Part shown: positions 12,630-22,892 of the stretch, piece by piece
Layout of the letters: every line of letters begins with the position of its first letter
How positions within the stretch are numbered: position 1 is the first letter of the stretch
Source: Asterionella formosa
Lineage: Eukaryota
Length of the DNA stretch: 32,057 bases
Reading direction: 5' to 3'
Assembly (NCBI GenBank): GCA_002256025.1
Contig: NKIB01000545.1
Coordinates: forward strand, 1 to 32,057
The notes under the pieces: generated by a model
Databases searched by the model: none
Seen by the model: the letters and a program-made list of their open reading frames with translations, nothing else
Told to the model about the DNA's origin: nothing
Position numbers and translations under genes: made by a program

Positions 12630-13010
12630 TACAGTACATGTCAATCATCCAAAAGGTATTCAACTCAAAGGAATACCTTCATCCTTCTTTTGTTGAATCG
12701 TCCACTTTAAGGCATGACAACATGATTATATAACTGCTGGCTGGACAAACAACTGCGCCTTCTGTCAGATTGAACTTTGATTCGAGTGTACCAGCTACAG
12801 GAGCTGAAGTGGCTGATAGTAATGGGTTGGGGACTTACAGATGGAAACAACCAGCAGTCGAAGAGCAGTCGATTTTTAGCTGCCAAGGCGACTCTGGTGG
12901 GCCGCTGATTATTTCCGGAAATGATTTTTCAAGCGATATTCTTGTCGGCATGGTGAGCTGGGGATATGGATGGGCTATACCCGGATTCCCAGGAGTATCG
13001 TTTGCAGTGT
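12630..13010 (+). pseudogene. Trypsin-like (S1) serine protease pseudogene fragment
   Basis: CQGDSGGPL (from 12881) and VGMVSWGYG...PGFPGV are present. Upstream HD.MI..L and [10 protein letters not shown] are present, VMGWGLT is in a shifted frame, and there is an in-frame stop. No His-motif (TAAHC) region is seen. Confidence 0.8.
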
Positions 13011-13705
13011 ATCAAACAACCCTCCTTCATTTTTCGATTGCAACGCGTTGGGAAACAGCCAAAATAGTACCGTTTCTAAATGTAAATGAGAAATAAACTA
13101 AATACATGAAGACAGTAAAATTATGCCTAGCTATGATTAGCTCATTCACTTTGGGGAACTCAGATACAGCTGTTTTGTCATGACAACTCTCTCATCACAC
13201 AATGCACAGATTTCGATTTCATTTCATAATCAATCTGCCAGCGGCACAAGCTGTGTTCATATTTGATCCGATTAAAGCCATTGTCAGTGACCAAAGATGG
13301 TGAGATTATGCAACTCAAATCAATGATATTTTTTTTTAAATGAATAAGAGGAGGCATAACAAACAGGAGGATGCATTGCTATGAAAATTTAACTTTTAAA
13401 AATTATAGTTAAATTTGTATTCTATTTGAGATTAGTAATCTAAAATAATGAGAATATATGAGAACGCAACGACGATATTATACATCAAATCACGAAGGAA
13501 TACTTGTGATAAAATAATTTTGTCACAAATTAATTTGGTATTTCGAAGCGCGCCCACTGAGATATATTTGTGAAATGTACGTTTTTCCTTCACGTTACAA
13601 AATAAAATAATTGAATCTCTGTTAATGTTAAGACCTGCCCTAATCCACGAAAGATCCACACCCATCTTTTGTACCTAGCCCTCGGTTCCCCATTCCTCCC
13701 TGCTC

Positions 13706-15007
13706 ATGAGTCCGATAACTGCGGCGAAAGGCCTGTACACACGCCTTGGTAGAGCCCAATTTGACTTGCCTTTTATTGCGGTCGTCCTGGGCCTCGAGGT
13801 GGTTCTTTGTCGAGCTATCATTCAACGCATTGCGTACACGGAAATCGACTGGGAAGCATACATGCAAGAAGTGGAAGGATGGCTTGGCGGAGAATTGGAT
13901 TACCGCAAGATTCGAGGATCAACAGGTCCGTTGGTGTACCCAGCTGGATTCTTGTATCTCTTCGCCTTGTTGCGCCAATGGACCAGCAACGGCACCGACA
14001 TTCGACGAGCACAATACATATTTGCGATCTTATATGTCACAACGACGGCGATTGTTCTTCGAATTTATACCATGGTGTCTCGACGACGGGCCAATCAGGA
14101 ATCAACGCAATTCAGACAAGCGCATGTGGTTTGGTCCTGGCGACTAGCAATGGGCCTGTGTTGCCTATCGAAGCGATTGCATTCCATCTTCATCCTGCGC
14201 TTGTTCAATGAAGGTCCTACTATGCTACTTTTGTACCTATCTATTCTTCTGTTCGCCAAGAATTCTTGGAAGTTTGGCTGCTTTGTCTTTTCCCTGGCAG
14301 TCTCTATCAAAATGAATGTTCTGTTGTTTGCTCCCGGATTACTTTTACTCTTGTTGCAAGTGAATGAAGATCTGTTCGACACAACCGTTCATTTGGCAAT
14401 TTGTGGCCTGACACAAATATTTCTTGGCGCACCCTTTCTGTTCAGTTATCCTGAATCCTATCTTCGAAAGGCTTTCGAGTTTGATCGGGTCTTTTTTTAC
14501 AAATGGACCGTCAATTGGAAGTTTATGAACGAAGAGTTGTTTCTCTCCAAGCAACTGTCACTTACATTGCTCACCTGCCATCTCTTGGTGCTTACCTTAC
14601 TTGCATTTCTTTGGTTGAAAGAGGCAAAGAAAAAATATGGAGCATACATTTTTTTTAATCGTTCCCTTTCACCGGAATATGTTGTCTATACTATGTTCGT
14701 GTCTAACTTTGTGGGAATTACATTTGCGCGAACAATGCATTATCAATTTTATTCTTGGTACTTTCAGTCGGTTCCATTTTTGTTGTGGTACAATGCTACC
14801 ACTACTAGCACTCCATTACCACTTGTAATGAAAGTCATTGTGGTGGTCATGTTGGAATATGCCTTCAATGTCTTTCCTGCCACTCCATTCAGTTCGTGTG
14901 TCTTGCAGTTTGCGCATATACTAGTCATATTGATGGGGGTGCGACCCCCAAAGGAAATACTTCCTTTTCTGGAGCCATCAAAAAAGAAAACAAGAAAACT
15001 GACTTGA
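13706..15007 (+). CDS. ALG3: Dol-P-Man:Man5GlcNAc2-PP-Dol alpha-1,3-mannosyltransferase (GT58)
   Basis: Diagnostic motifs YTEIDWEAYMQEV, G.TGPLVYPAGFLY, SKRLHSIFILRLFN, SLAVSIKMNVLLFAPG, RVFFYKWTVNWKF and FARTMHYQFYSWYF. Multiple TM segments and a basic C-terminal tail. Confidence 0.97.
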   Translation: MSPITAAKGLYTRLGRAQFDLPFIAVVLGLEVVLCRAIIQRIAYTEIDWEAYMQEVEGWLGGELDYRKIRGSTGPLVYPAGFLYLFALLRQWTSNGTDIRRAQYIFAILYVTTTAIVLRIYTMVSRRRANQESTQFRQAHVVWSWRLAMGLCCLSKRLHSIFILRLFNEGPTMLLLYLSILLFAKNSWKFGCFVFSLAVSIKMNVLLFAPGLLLLLLQVNEDLFDTTVHLAICGLTQIFLGAPFLFSYPESYLRKAFEFDRVFFYKWTVNWKFMNEELFLSKQLSLTLLTCHLLVLTLLAFLWLKEAKKKYGAYIFFNRSLSPEYVVYTMFVSNFVGITFARTMHYQFYSWYFQSVPFLLWYNATTTSTPLPLVMKVIVVVMLEYAFNVFPATPFSSCVLQFAHILVILMGVRPPKEILPFLEPSKKKTRKLT

Positions 15008-16949
15008 TCACACTTCTGTGATGGTACACAATACATTATTATGATTCAACTAATGATATATATGTATGTATGTACAGTGTCAGAGACTTGAAAGTTAATG
15101 GTGATAAATAATAAAAACCAATTTTGAGAGCAGGATATGATCCCAGATTATCGCTCAGGACTATATTCTCCCTCTATTTAATTGAGTCATTTTGGGTTGA
15201 ATTTGTCATGTTTTGCTCCATTACTGTCACAAAATGCATATAATACACTCATAGAACCATGTGCATTGTTCATCAGCCAATGCTCATGTAACTCCATACA
15301 GTGTAAAATATTCTTAGGAGACACATGGAACAGATGTGGGAATACATTTTTCATGCCAGTTTGAAACTACTTGAGTTTCTTGCACAAGGCTGGGTCATCA
15401 GAAAACAATGGAACTTCCCAATATATCCAGAAGGCTTCATATGCAGGACGTCGTGCTTCAAACACAATGTGAATAAAACGGGAACTGATTTTGTTGAAAT
15501 AAGCAACAGCATCCTGACTACTTTGTGGTCTTTGAAGGTAGATATATGTACATAAATCCATATCCATTCATCAGCACGGGCAGTCACTTCATTACACAGG
15601 AACAATGCACTAACCCTAACCTGTTTTTGGGAAAATGGGAATTACCTGCAACACAACGTCTTTACTGCCTAAATATTTGGTTCCGCCCTCTACAGCAGCT
15701 TCAACTTACCCGATTTTTGGGTTAAGCAAGAAGGAACAATCATCTCACTCATCTCCTAACAAGTCATATAGGTGAAAAGGCGACGTCAGTACTCTACAGC
15801 ACAAAATGATGGACACTCCTTAACAGCTTCACCTGGGATTCCCTCTCCCCACTTACCTACCCTTTCTCACCAGTCTCGAAATATATCCAGCCCACTTGGC
15901 TCACAACAACCTGGGACTGATTACGAGAAGCTTCTGGCTTCTACAGATCTCGAACCCTTAGAAACTGCCACTTAATTGCATGAATGATAATTTTCATCTT
16001 ATGCCGAGAGTGATGGCACTGAATTCTTCGTGCATGTCGACTGCTGATCTCATCAATTTCAATAGCTGCCGGATATATTTTCAGGTGCTGACATGATTAA
16101 AAATAGTGGATAATTCTGGAAATAAAATCGACCAACCATTCTGGGATGATGGACTCAAAGGCGGCTCATGCTCATGTCTCTGCTCTTGTCTCATAAAAAA
16201 TACTTGATACCCAAGACCTGTGAGCTGGACAATTTTGGTGTTGCACTTTAGCCAGACTTTTAACATCAAACTACGTTCAACACCAATTGGCTACCAAACA
16301 GCCCATCTCAAGAATGCTGAACAACCCAAACACTTTTAACCACTTTCGTTCTTATTACAGTCTAAATAAATGAACCCTCGTCTCCTCATATCGCCTAAAG
16401 GCATGACTATAATTTGCTTCACGTTACAATCATTTGGTTTCCTCCCTCTGCTCTGAAAGTTTCCATACTATCTCAGCCACTTTACGGCTCCCCCACCTTA
16501 ACTCTTAGCTTATCACTCCAGGCTACTCTCTACCTCTTCTTTTCATAACTGCTCCACTTTCTTTTTCTGAGAATCGTACTATCAAACTTCCAGCTTCTGA
16601 ACGGATTTGACGATTACATGAAATAGTAGAGCCAGGAGTATTTTCTATATTATCATACTGCATTTATCATTATACCTAAATGTACGGAATATTTATCACA
16701 TCACTCTACATGTACTGTTAACAAGTACCGGTACCCGTTTTATATGCATGTATGTATACTACATACATATGTATATATATATAAAAAGCAAACAGGAGCA
16801 AGCGCCTACATGCCGTAACCTCTTTTATCGATGAGGTAATATTGGCAGGCGCTTATTAGTATTGCGTTCCTGAAGCCAAGCGAGTGGTTTGTTTTGCCTT
16901 TACTATTTGTACTGTATGCTCTTGGATACTGGAACATTCTGACAACAGC

Positions 16950-18485
16950 ATGAGCGAAAAACATCCTCCATTGTTGAATGCAAGTCCTATGGATGTTTTA
17001 TCGAATCAAATGGTAAAATTGCACAACACTCCGTCCAAAGGCTCCACTTACAACTCCGCTTCTCCAAACATGTCACCCGTTGGAGAGCTAGACGAACTAG
17101 AAGACCTCTCCAGATCCGAGGAAATTGCTGGTATTTATGCACCCTTAATTCGCATGCGCAAGAAGCGTTGTTTACCAGCACTTCCTATTGTCCCTCTCCC
17201 CCCGCACGTGATCGGCGGTCTTCGAGATCAAATTGAAAAGGCCAAACAATGCAATTGCAAAAGGTCCAACTGTTTAAAGTTATATTGTGACTGCTTTCAA
17301 AGTGGCCTGCATTGCAACTCCTTTTGCAACTGTGTTTCTTGCATGAACCTACCTGGCCCCACGTATGCTATACAACGGACACAAGCCATTTTGGTGACAC
17401 TGGATAGAAACCAGCACGCATTTCGACCTCGGTTACTCAGTTTGGGAGAAGATCAGAACAAGCTACGGGGAACGACGGGATCGGGATGCAACTGCAGAAA
17501 ATCATCTTGTCTGAAGAAGTATTGTGAATGCTATCATGCCATGGTGTATTGTTCGGAAAAATGCAGGTGCGAACAGTGCAAAAATTTTGAGGGGAATGGT
17601 GAACGAGAGAAGCTTATGAGCAAAAGGCGGTCCAAAGATGAATCCACAGCGGCAGCTGCCGCTGCCCATCAGCAACATAGCCGCATGAGCGGTCGTATGT
17701 CAATGGATCGAATTATGGAGGGAAGGGACGATATGATGGGGGATTTGAGTTTGACATCAGGTATTGATCCCTTCATACCTCCGAGTTCTCTTTCCATTCC
17801 AATAAGAGTGGCGAACAACAAGACATATGGGGCTCTAGCATTTGGGAGCGTAAAGAATAAGAAATTCTCCAAGGATTCTGTCAAGATTTATGGAACGAAA
17901 GCAAACGCTCACAAGCGAGATGCCAACACTGTATTCGGGTGCCATACAGAAGCACAAGAGGCTTGGATGAAAGAAGCTGAACGGACTTTTATTGTGTTTG
18001 GAATCGTCATGAAGGAAATAAAACGGCGAAAGGGCCTAGCAGTTGTAGAAGTTCCGGTTGATGATGAGGTCAAGAACCAAGCTTTTGCGATTCTGGACAG
18101 TGTTACTAATGACATGAAAGAAGTTGCAGTGGCAGTTGAGCAGGCGAAGCGACATGCATTGAAAGATTTCCCGGCTAGCGAAAGTTTCTATAATATTGAC
18201 TCGGCTAAGGAGAAGAGCCAATCAATGGAAGAAAACGAGGCACCCGCAACCGTTCTATCTGAAGTTGAGTTGGAAGGACCAGGAATAACGGAGGCGTTGG
18301 CGGAGCTCGCATGTTGCGAAGAATTTGGAGAGACTAAACGAATGCATCTTTCAGCCGAGGGAGAGCGAGAGTTAGCGATCGTCATAGCTCAAGATGCAGC
18401 GATGCTGAATCAACTGGCGAAGCTTATCAAGGCGAGGGCTCTTAAAATGGCAGAGGAGCGGTTGAACAAAGTTAGCATGAGTTGA
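16950..18485 (+). CDS. Tesmin/TSO1/LIN54-family CXC (CRC) domain DNA-binding protein
   Basis: Two CXC domains (CNCKRSNCLKLYCDCF...; GCNCRKSSCLKKYCECY...) with linker RNQHAFRPR (RNPxAFxPK-like). The first ATG is at 16950; the track start at 16884 is GTG. Confidence 0.92.
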   Translation: MSEKHPPLLNASPMDVLSNQMVKLHNTPSKGSTYNSASPNMSPVGELDELEDLSRSEEIAGIYAPLIRMRKKRCLPALPIVPLPPHVIGGLRDQIEKAKQCNCKRSNCLKLYCDCFQSGLHCNSFCNCVSCMNLPGPTYAIQRTQAILVTLDRNQHAFRPRLLSLGEDQNKLRGTTGSGCNCRKSSCLKKYCECYHAMVYCSEKCRCEQCKNFEGNGEREKLMSKRRSKDESTAAAAAAHQQHSRMSGRMSMDRIMEGRDDMMGDLSLTSGIDPFIPPSSLSIPIRVANNKTYGALAFGSVKNKKFSKDSVKIYGTKANAHKRDANTVFGCHTEAQEAWMKEAERTFIVFGIVMKEIKRRKGLAVVEVPVDDEVKNQAFAILDSVTNDMKEVAVAVEQAKRHALKDFPASESFYNIDSAKEKSQSMEENEAPATVLSEVELEGPGITEALAELACCEEFGETKRMHLSAEGERELAIVIAQDAAMLNQLAKLIKARALKMAEERLNKVSMS

Positions 18486-18537
18486 AAATTCATGATAGAT
18501 CGGAGTGTCTCGCTCGTTTGCCCTTTTCATTACGTTC

Positions 18538-21411
18538 CTATCTTTGCACACGACCGCAAGCATCAGATATTAATGGAACTCCAGGGATAGCACATGGGGA
18601 TGATCCTCTAGGTTTCCACATGGGTTTGTACAGGATTTCTTTCAGATCCGGCACAGCTGCTTTCTGTATTCTGTCATCGTTCGACATTACTTCATCAAAA
18701 ATAGCTTTTATGTCGCTAATGAGAATAATAGCTTCGTTCGGCAGCAGATCGCCTTGAGCAAGGCAAATAGCACCTGTGCACGAGTACAGAAAAATGCCAC
18801 CTTCAGTGGAGGCTTGTTGCGCGGTTGCTTCGTTCAAAACCTTGATAGTCTGCCTTTTCCGAAGTGGAGATAGGCCTTGCTGTCGGTTCGTGTCCATCAC
18901 TGCCGTCACAATCACGGAAGGCTTCAATTCTAAGAGTTTTGTATGGTGTTCGACGATTCGACGGCACATTCTCCTTGTGTATGCATACAAATTTTGACTA
19001 ATGCCAAGGAAGCAGATTCGGAGACCATACTTATTAAAGCTCATTTCGTAGGCAAGTCCAGCTGGAGCACCAAGTTCGGCCAAATCTTCAACGGCGTTGT
19101 CAAGGGAAATCAGCCAAAGTTGAGCAAGTGCTGCTTGCAGAACGCTAGCTCTAGCTGGTCGAGGCGAAAGTAACTGGACAACAAAAGCCGCCCGACAATT
19201 AGGCTCGGGAGGCATCGCCGGTAGTGGAATTTTCATCTCAATCGGCGTATTTGTTGTAGACTGGTAAAGTTTCCAGTCAGATGACCCAATGAGTGACACA
19301 AGGACACGGTTCTCCCAAGAGGATGAGCCGTCTCTCCTTGTATACGGTACCTCGGTCAATGATTCCCTCCAGACAGGAATTTGCTCGCTTGCTTCGTCGA
19401 GATAAAAAATGCGCTGTCTGCCATCAGATGACGCTATTTCTCGTATCGGACGGGTTGATCGAAGCCCCAAAGGAATCAAAGGATTGGGAACTGGTGGTTG
19501 TAATTCATCTTCATCTAGTCTGTTCGCTAGCCATTCTTCGAAAAGCCCAATAACTCTCATCATGTCTCCTTGCAAGAATTTTGCTCCGGACACTGGCTCG
19601 GTTTTCCAGCGAGCTGATGTGATGGGTGGGATCGTAGCTTCTTTCAAATTCGATTTTGATTTTAAAATGGCGCGATTCGTCGTCGTCAGGATCACCGTAG
19701 CTTTACTCGGATCACTGATTACATTGAGTTTGTAAGCGATTGCTCTGCGTATCTCAATCAATGCTTTATCGTCATTTGTAGATGGCAAAATAGGCCATAC
19801 ACCAGGCACCCCAACTCCTTTCGTGCCACCAACTCCGTAAATTTGAGCATCCATGGCCAATTCCACAGCATCGGGTGGTCGAGGCGCGATAGTGTAACCG
19901 AATAATCTAGCCACCGTTAAGTACTGCTTGATGAGGTCTATGGGCAGTTGAAAAGAACCACTGGGCTTTCCAATTGTAGAGATGGCACCTAGACTGTCGT
20001 ACAGAGCGGCGATAACAGCAGATCTATTGGCAAAGCCCTCTTCTGTTAGTACAATGTCGAGTCGCATCAATTGAAATCCAGAAACATCGATTGGAAATGA
20101 AATTCTGGGCAATCCCTGGTTCCCTCTTGGAACCCAACCTCGTCTCTGTAGGAACAAATAGAGACTACCTGGCCCTCTTCTAGCCAATATCTGTGAAAGA
20201 AAAAATCCGATGGTGGATGTTGTTATCACCGGGGCATCCGATGTGTTGAATTCTCTATCAAACATCCAATGAAAAGATAGCTTTTCAACTTTCTCGGTAA
20301 GTCTTGAAACTCTCTTGGAAGATCGGTAGATCAGATATTGTGATGCTCTTGCCTGAAAAGGCAGTGGATCAGGGTATGGCTTTAAGTGTTCATTGATTGG
20401 ATTTTCTACATCAATTATTTTTCGACTGAGAGTTTCCGCGAAACGAGCGGTCCACTTTTCCAAAGTTCCAAAATCGCGAGGGCACACTACAACCAATACA
20501 GCTTTAGAAGGTAAATAATGAGTCTCGAACAGATGCATGAGTTCATTTCCAACCTGTATTTTTCGTTTAAATGGCCTCTTTTCGAGGGTTGCAATACTGC
20601 CCTGAGAGAATCGTGCGAAGGGATGATCGGGATTAACCAAACTTTTTAAAAAATAAAAAGCTTGATTGGAATCATTTTCAAAATCTATCTCTGAGTCAAC
20701 TCTACGTACTTCTCGTTTGAGAACAGCCTCATTCTTACAAATCTTTTCTACGTTCTCTTGCACGAAAAGGTCGGCGAATCGCCCCAAAGCCTCTTGAAAA
20801 ATTTCCGAAGGCGAACTAAAGTGAAAGCAAACTGAGCTTGGACCTGTAAACGCATTGGAAGCTCCATCTCGATCACTGAGCCATTCTTCAAAGTCTTCCT
20901 TAGTGGACGAGCTCAATACCATGTGCTCCAGCAAGTGTGAAAGTCCGGCAATTTCATTGGGTTCCTGAAATTGACCAGCATCACCAATGGTCAGGGCTGC
21001 GGTTGCCCGTATCTGCTTGTAAGGTCTAGTATCACTGACTAGCAGAACTCGAATTCCATTTGAAAGTACCATGTCTTTATATTGTCGGGTGGTGGAGAAT
21101 GGGATCAATGGCACACCAAAGGGATTAGTTGACTCTAAACTAATTGTTGTCTCTGTAACTTGAGCGGCATCGGCATGCAAATTTGAGGAGAAGTTACTGT
21201 TGGCAATTGATGAGGCGACTGCAGATGACATAATAAATCCTCGCCTAGACAGATTTTTGTTAAGTTCACTTTCAAGTTTACTCTGAAGCTCAGTTGAACT
21301 CCTTGTAGGTCCACATTTCGTAGGTTGAAAAGCGAGTACAGCTTGAGATACTGAATACGATGCCAAAATGCACCAGTTTCTTCTTCGTTTCTGGCCCTGA
21401 ATCTTTGCCAT
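18538..21411 (-). CDS. Peptidase family M16 (insulinase/pitrilysin-like) zinc metallopeptidase; predicted plastid/thylakoid-lumen targeted
   Basis: Motifs LSNGIRVLLVSD, GLSHLLEHM (HXXEH), SNAFT, REVRRVDSE (third Zn ligand) and HPFARFSQGS. The N-terminus has AVLA|FQP, a Ser/Thr-rich transit-like segment, SRRGFI and ADA|A. Confidence 0.9.
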   Translation of the reverse strand: MAKIQGQKRRRNWCILASYSVSQAVLAFQPTKCGPTRSSTELQSKLESELNKNLSRRGFIMSSAVASSIANSNFSSNLHADAAQVTETTISLESTNPFGVPLIPFSTTRQYKDMVLSNGIRVLLVSDTRPYKQIRATAALTIGDAGQFQEPNEIAGLSHLLEHMVLSSSTKEDFEEWLSDRDGASNAFTGPSSVCFHFSSPSEIFQEALGRFADLFVQENVEKICKNEAVLKREVRRVDSEIDFENDSNQAFYFLKSLVNPDHPFARFSQGSIATLEKRPFKRKIQVGNELMHLFETHYLPSKAVLVVVCPRDFGTLEKWTARFAETLSRKIIDVENPINEHLKPYPDPLPFQARASQYLIYRSSKRVSRLTEKVEKLSFHWMFDREFNTSDAPVITTSTIGFFLSQILARRGPGSLYLFLQRRGWVPRGNQGLPRISFPIDVSGFQLMRLDIVLTEEGFANRSAVIAALYDSLGAISTIGKPSGSFQLPIDLIKQYLTVARLFGYTIAPRPPDAVELAMDAQIYGVGGTKGVGVPGVWPILPSTNDDKALIEIRRAIAYKLNVISDPSKATVILTTTNRAILKSKSNLKEATIPPITSARWKTEPVSGAKFLQGDMMRVIGLFEEWLANRLDEDELQPPVPNPLIPLGLRSTRPIREIASSDGRQRIFYLDEASEQIPVWRESLTEVPYTRRDGSSSWENRVLVSLIGSSDWKLYQSTTNTPIEMKIPLPAMPPEPNCRAAFVVQLLSPRPARASVLQAALAQLWLISLDNAVEDLAELGAPAGLAYEMSFNKYGLRICFLGISQNLYAYTRRMCRRIVEHHTKLLELKPSVIVTAVMDTNRQQGLSPLRKRQTIKVLNEATAQQASTEGGIFLYSCTGAICLAQGDLLPNEAIILISDIKAIFDEVMSNDDRIQKAAVPDLKEILYKPMWKPRGSSPCAIPGVPLISDACGRVQR

Positions 21412-21669
21412 GATAACGAACAGTCAGAAGATAGAAGATTTTTTTTCAGTGAGCCGAGGTAGCAAGATGAAAATTCATCTCACTCTGGTGACGATCTAAT
21501 CTACCGGTAATGTAATAAAGGTAAGAAAAATATATCATTTTGATGTACAATCCTCCTGTGTACCCGTGTAGCATTATTATGCACAAGAAGGGAAGAATAG
21601 AAATACCGGTACCGGATATGCTTGCTCTATAGGAATGAGATACCAGCATACTATGTACAGTAGTGGTAT

Positions 21670-21968
21670 GGGGAACGGCTCATTTGGTTGAGCACGTTGC
21701 CTCCGAGGATTTGACGAAGTTGTGTGGTTCGATTCCCGCAATCTTTGAGAAACAGTTGTGGTTGTTGGGTTCGACTCCCACACTCCTCACCGTCCCGCGC
21801 GGTCTTGCCTGGTGTGAAAGGAGAAGTGCGTTGCCCCCTTTGTACTACTACCGGTACAAGCAGTGTGTCACCTTCCTATATAGGCGGTCGGAGTTTCCCC
21901 TACGAACGATCACCTCTCGCGAAAGATGGCCGGTTGGGGACTCATCTACATGCCTACGCTAACAAAAC
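21670..21968 (+). mobile_element. tRNA-derived SINE-like element or Pol III-type ncRNA
   Basis: Starts GGGGAACGGCTCATTTGGTTGAGC (A-box/D-arm-like). Two B-boxes: GGTTCGATTCC (21726-21736) and GGTTCGACTCC (21768-21778). A GC-rich body and an A-rich end follow. No canonical cloverleaf; no clear TSD. Confidence 0.55.
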
Positions 21969-22892
21969 TACCAGGTACCAGGTACCGGTATGGAAGCACA
22001 TGATCTTGTCGGCAGGCCGTGCTATGAAATTCTACGTGTAACTTCGTGGTCTTAGAAAGCGCGTAAAAGTGCGTTTCAATTTTAGGAATGAGATAAATGA
22101 ACAATGTACAGCACCTAACATAAAATGGATAGCTGGGATGATAATATACATACTGGCATATTAAATATTGCTTTCGCGTATGAGTATACCCGGTGCTCGC
22201 TCCAAGTGCAACTAGAAAACCAGGTGGTGATGCATGCCGAGGAAATAAGCAATCATTGAAAATGAAGTTTCTAGTAAGGAGCATTTCAGTAAGCACCCAC
22301 AAATCACTAGCTAGATGAGAAAACTTAGAGTAACATATAAATAGTATATTTTAAGATATTAATATGGTCATTCGTCGAAGCGCAGCTGTACTTAAGACTG
22401 CCATGGAAATGTAGGAAGGTGAGTGATACAAGGCAAGATTACCACTGTCCGAGCTCAAGGTATACATAGCAACGAGGTGAAGTTTGTCTAGGAAGCAGGA
22501 AGAACCCATGGTGAGTGGACAATACATGGAATATACAGTCAATCTTAGAGGGTTTGGGAACATAGTGTAAAGCCTAACTGCTGTGGTGACAGGCGTACGA
22601 AACAGATGCGTTCATAGAATCTACTTTGTTGGTAAGGATATACGGCTTGGGCTTATCACTGCATGGAAGGTGAAAGTGTCCGGCACTACCAGCAAATGCA
22701 TATAGCAGTACATGCTTGACTGATTCTATGAGTTTCTTTATACCAAAGCAAATTTTATGGAAAATCTCAAGAATCAACCACTGGCCCTTCCGACAGATTT
22801 ATAAGCTGCAACACCAAAAACTGACATTGCTTGCATAATCTGACTATCTATTTGATGAAGAACTCATTAATTATTGGAGTGTATCGAACTAA

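Noticed and set aside
15180..16620. Possible decayed minus-strand coding or TE sequence between ALG3 and the CXC gene
   Set aside because: Fragmented ORFs with no motif I can assign; needs tBLASTx.
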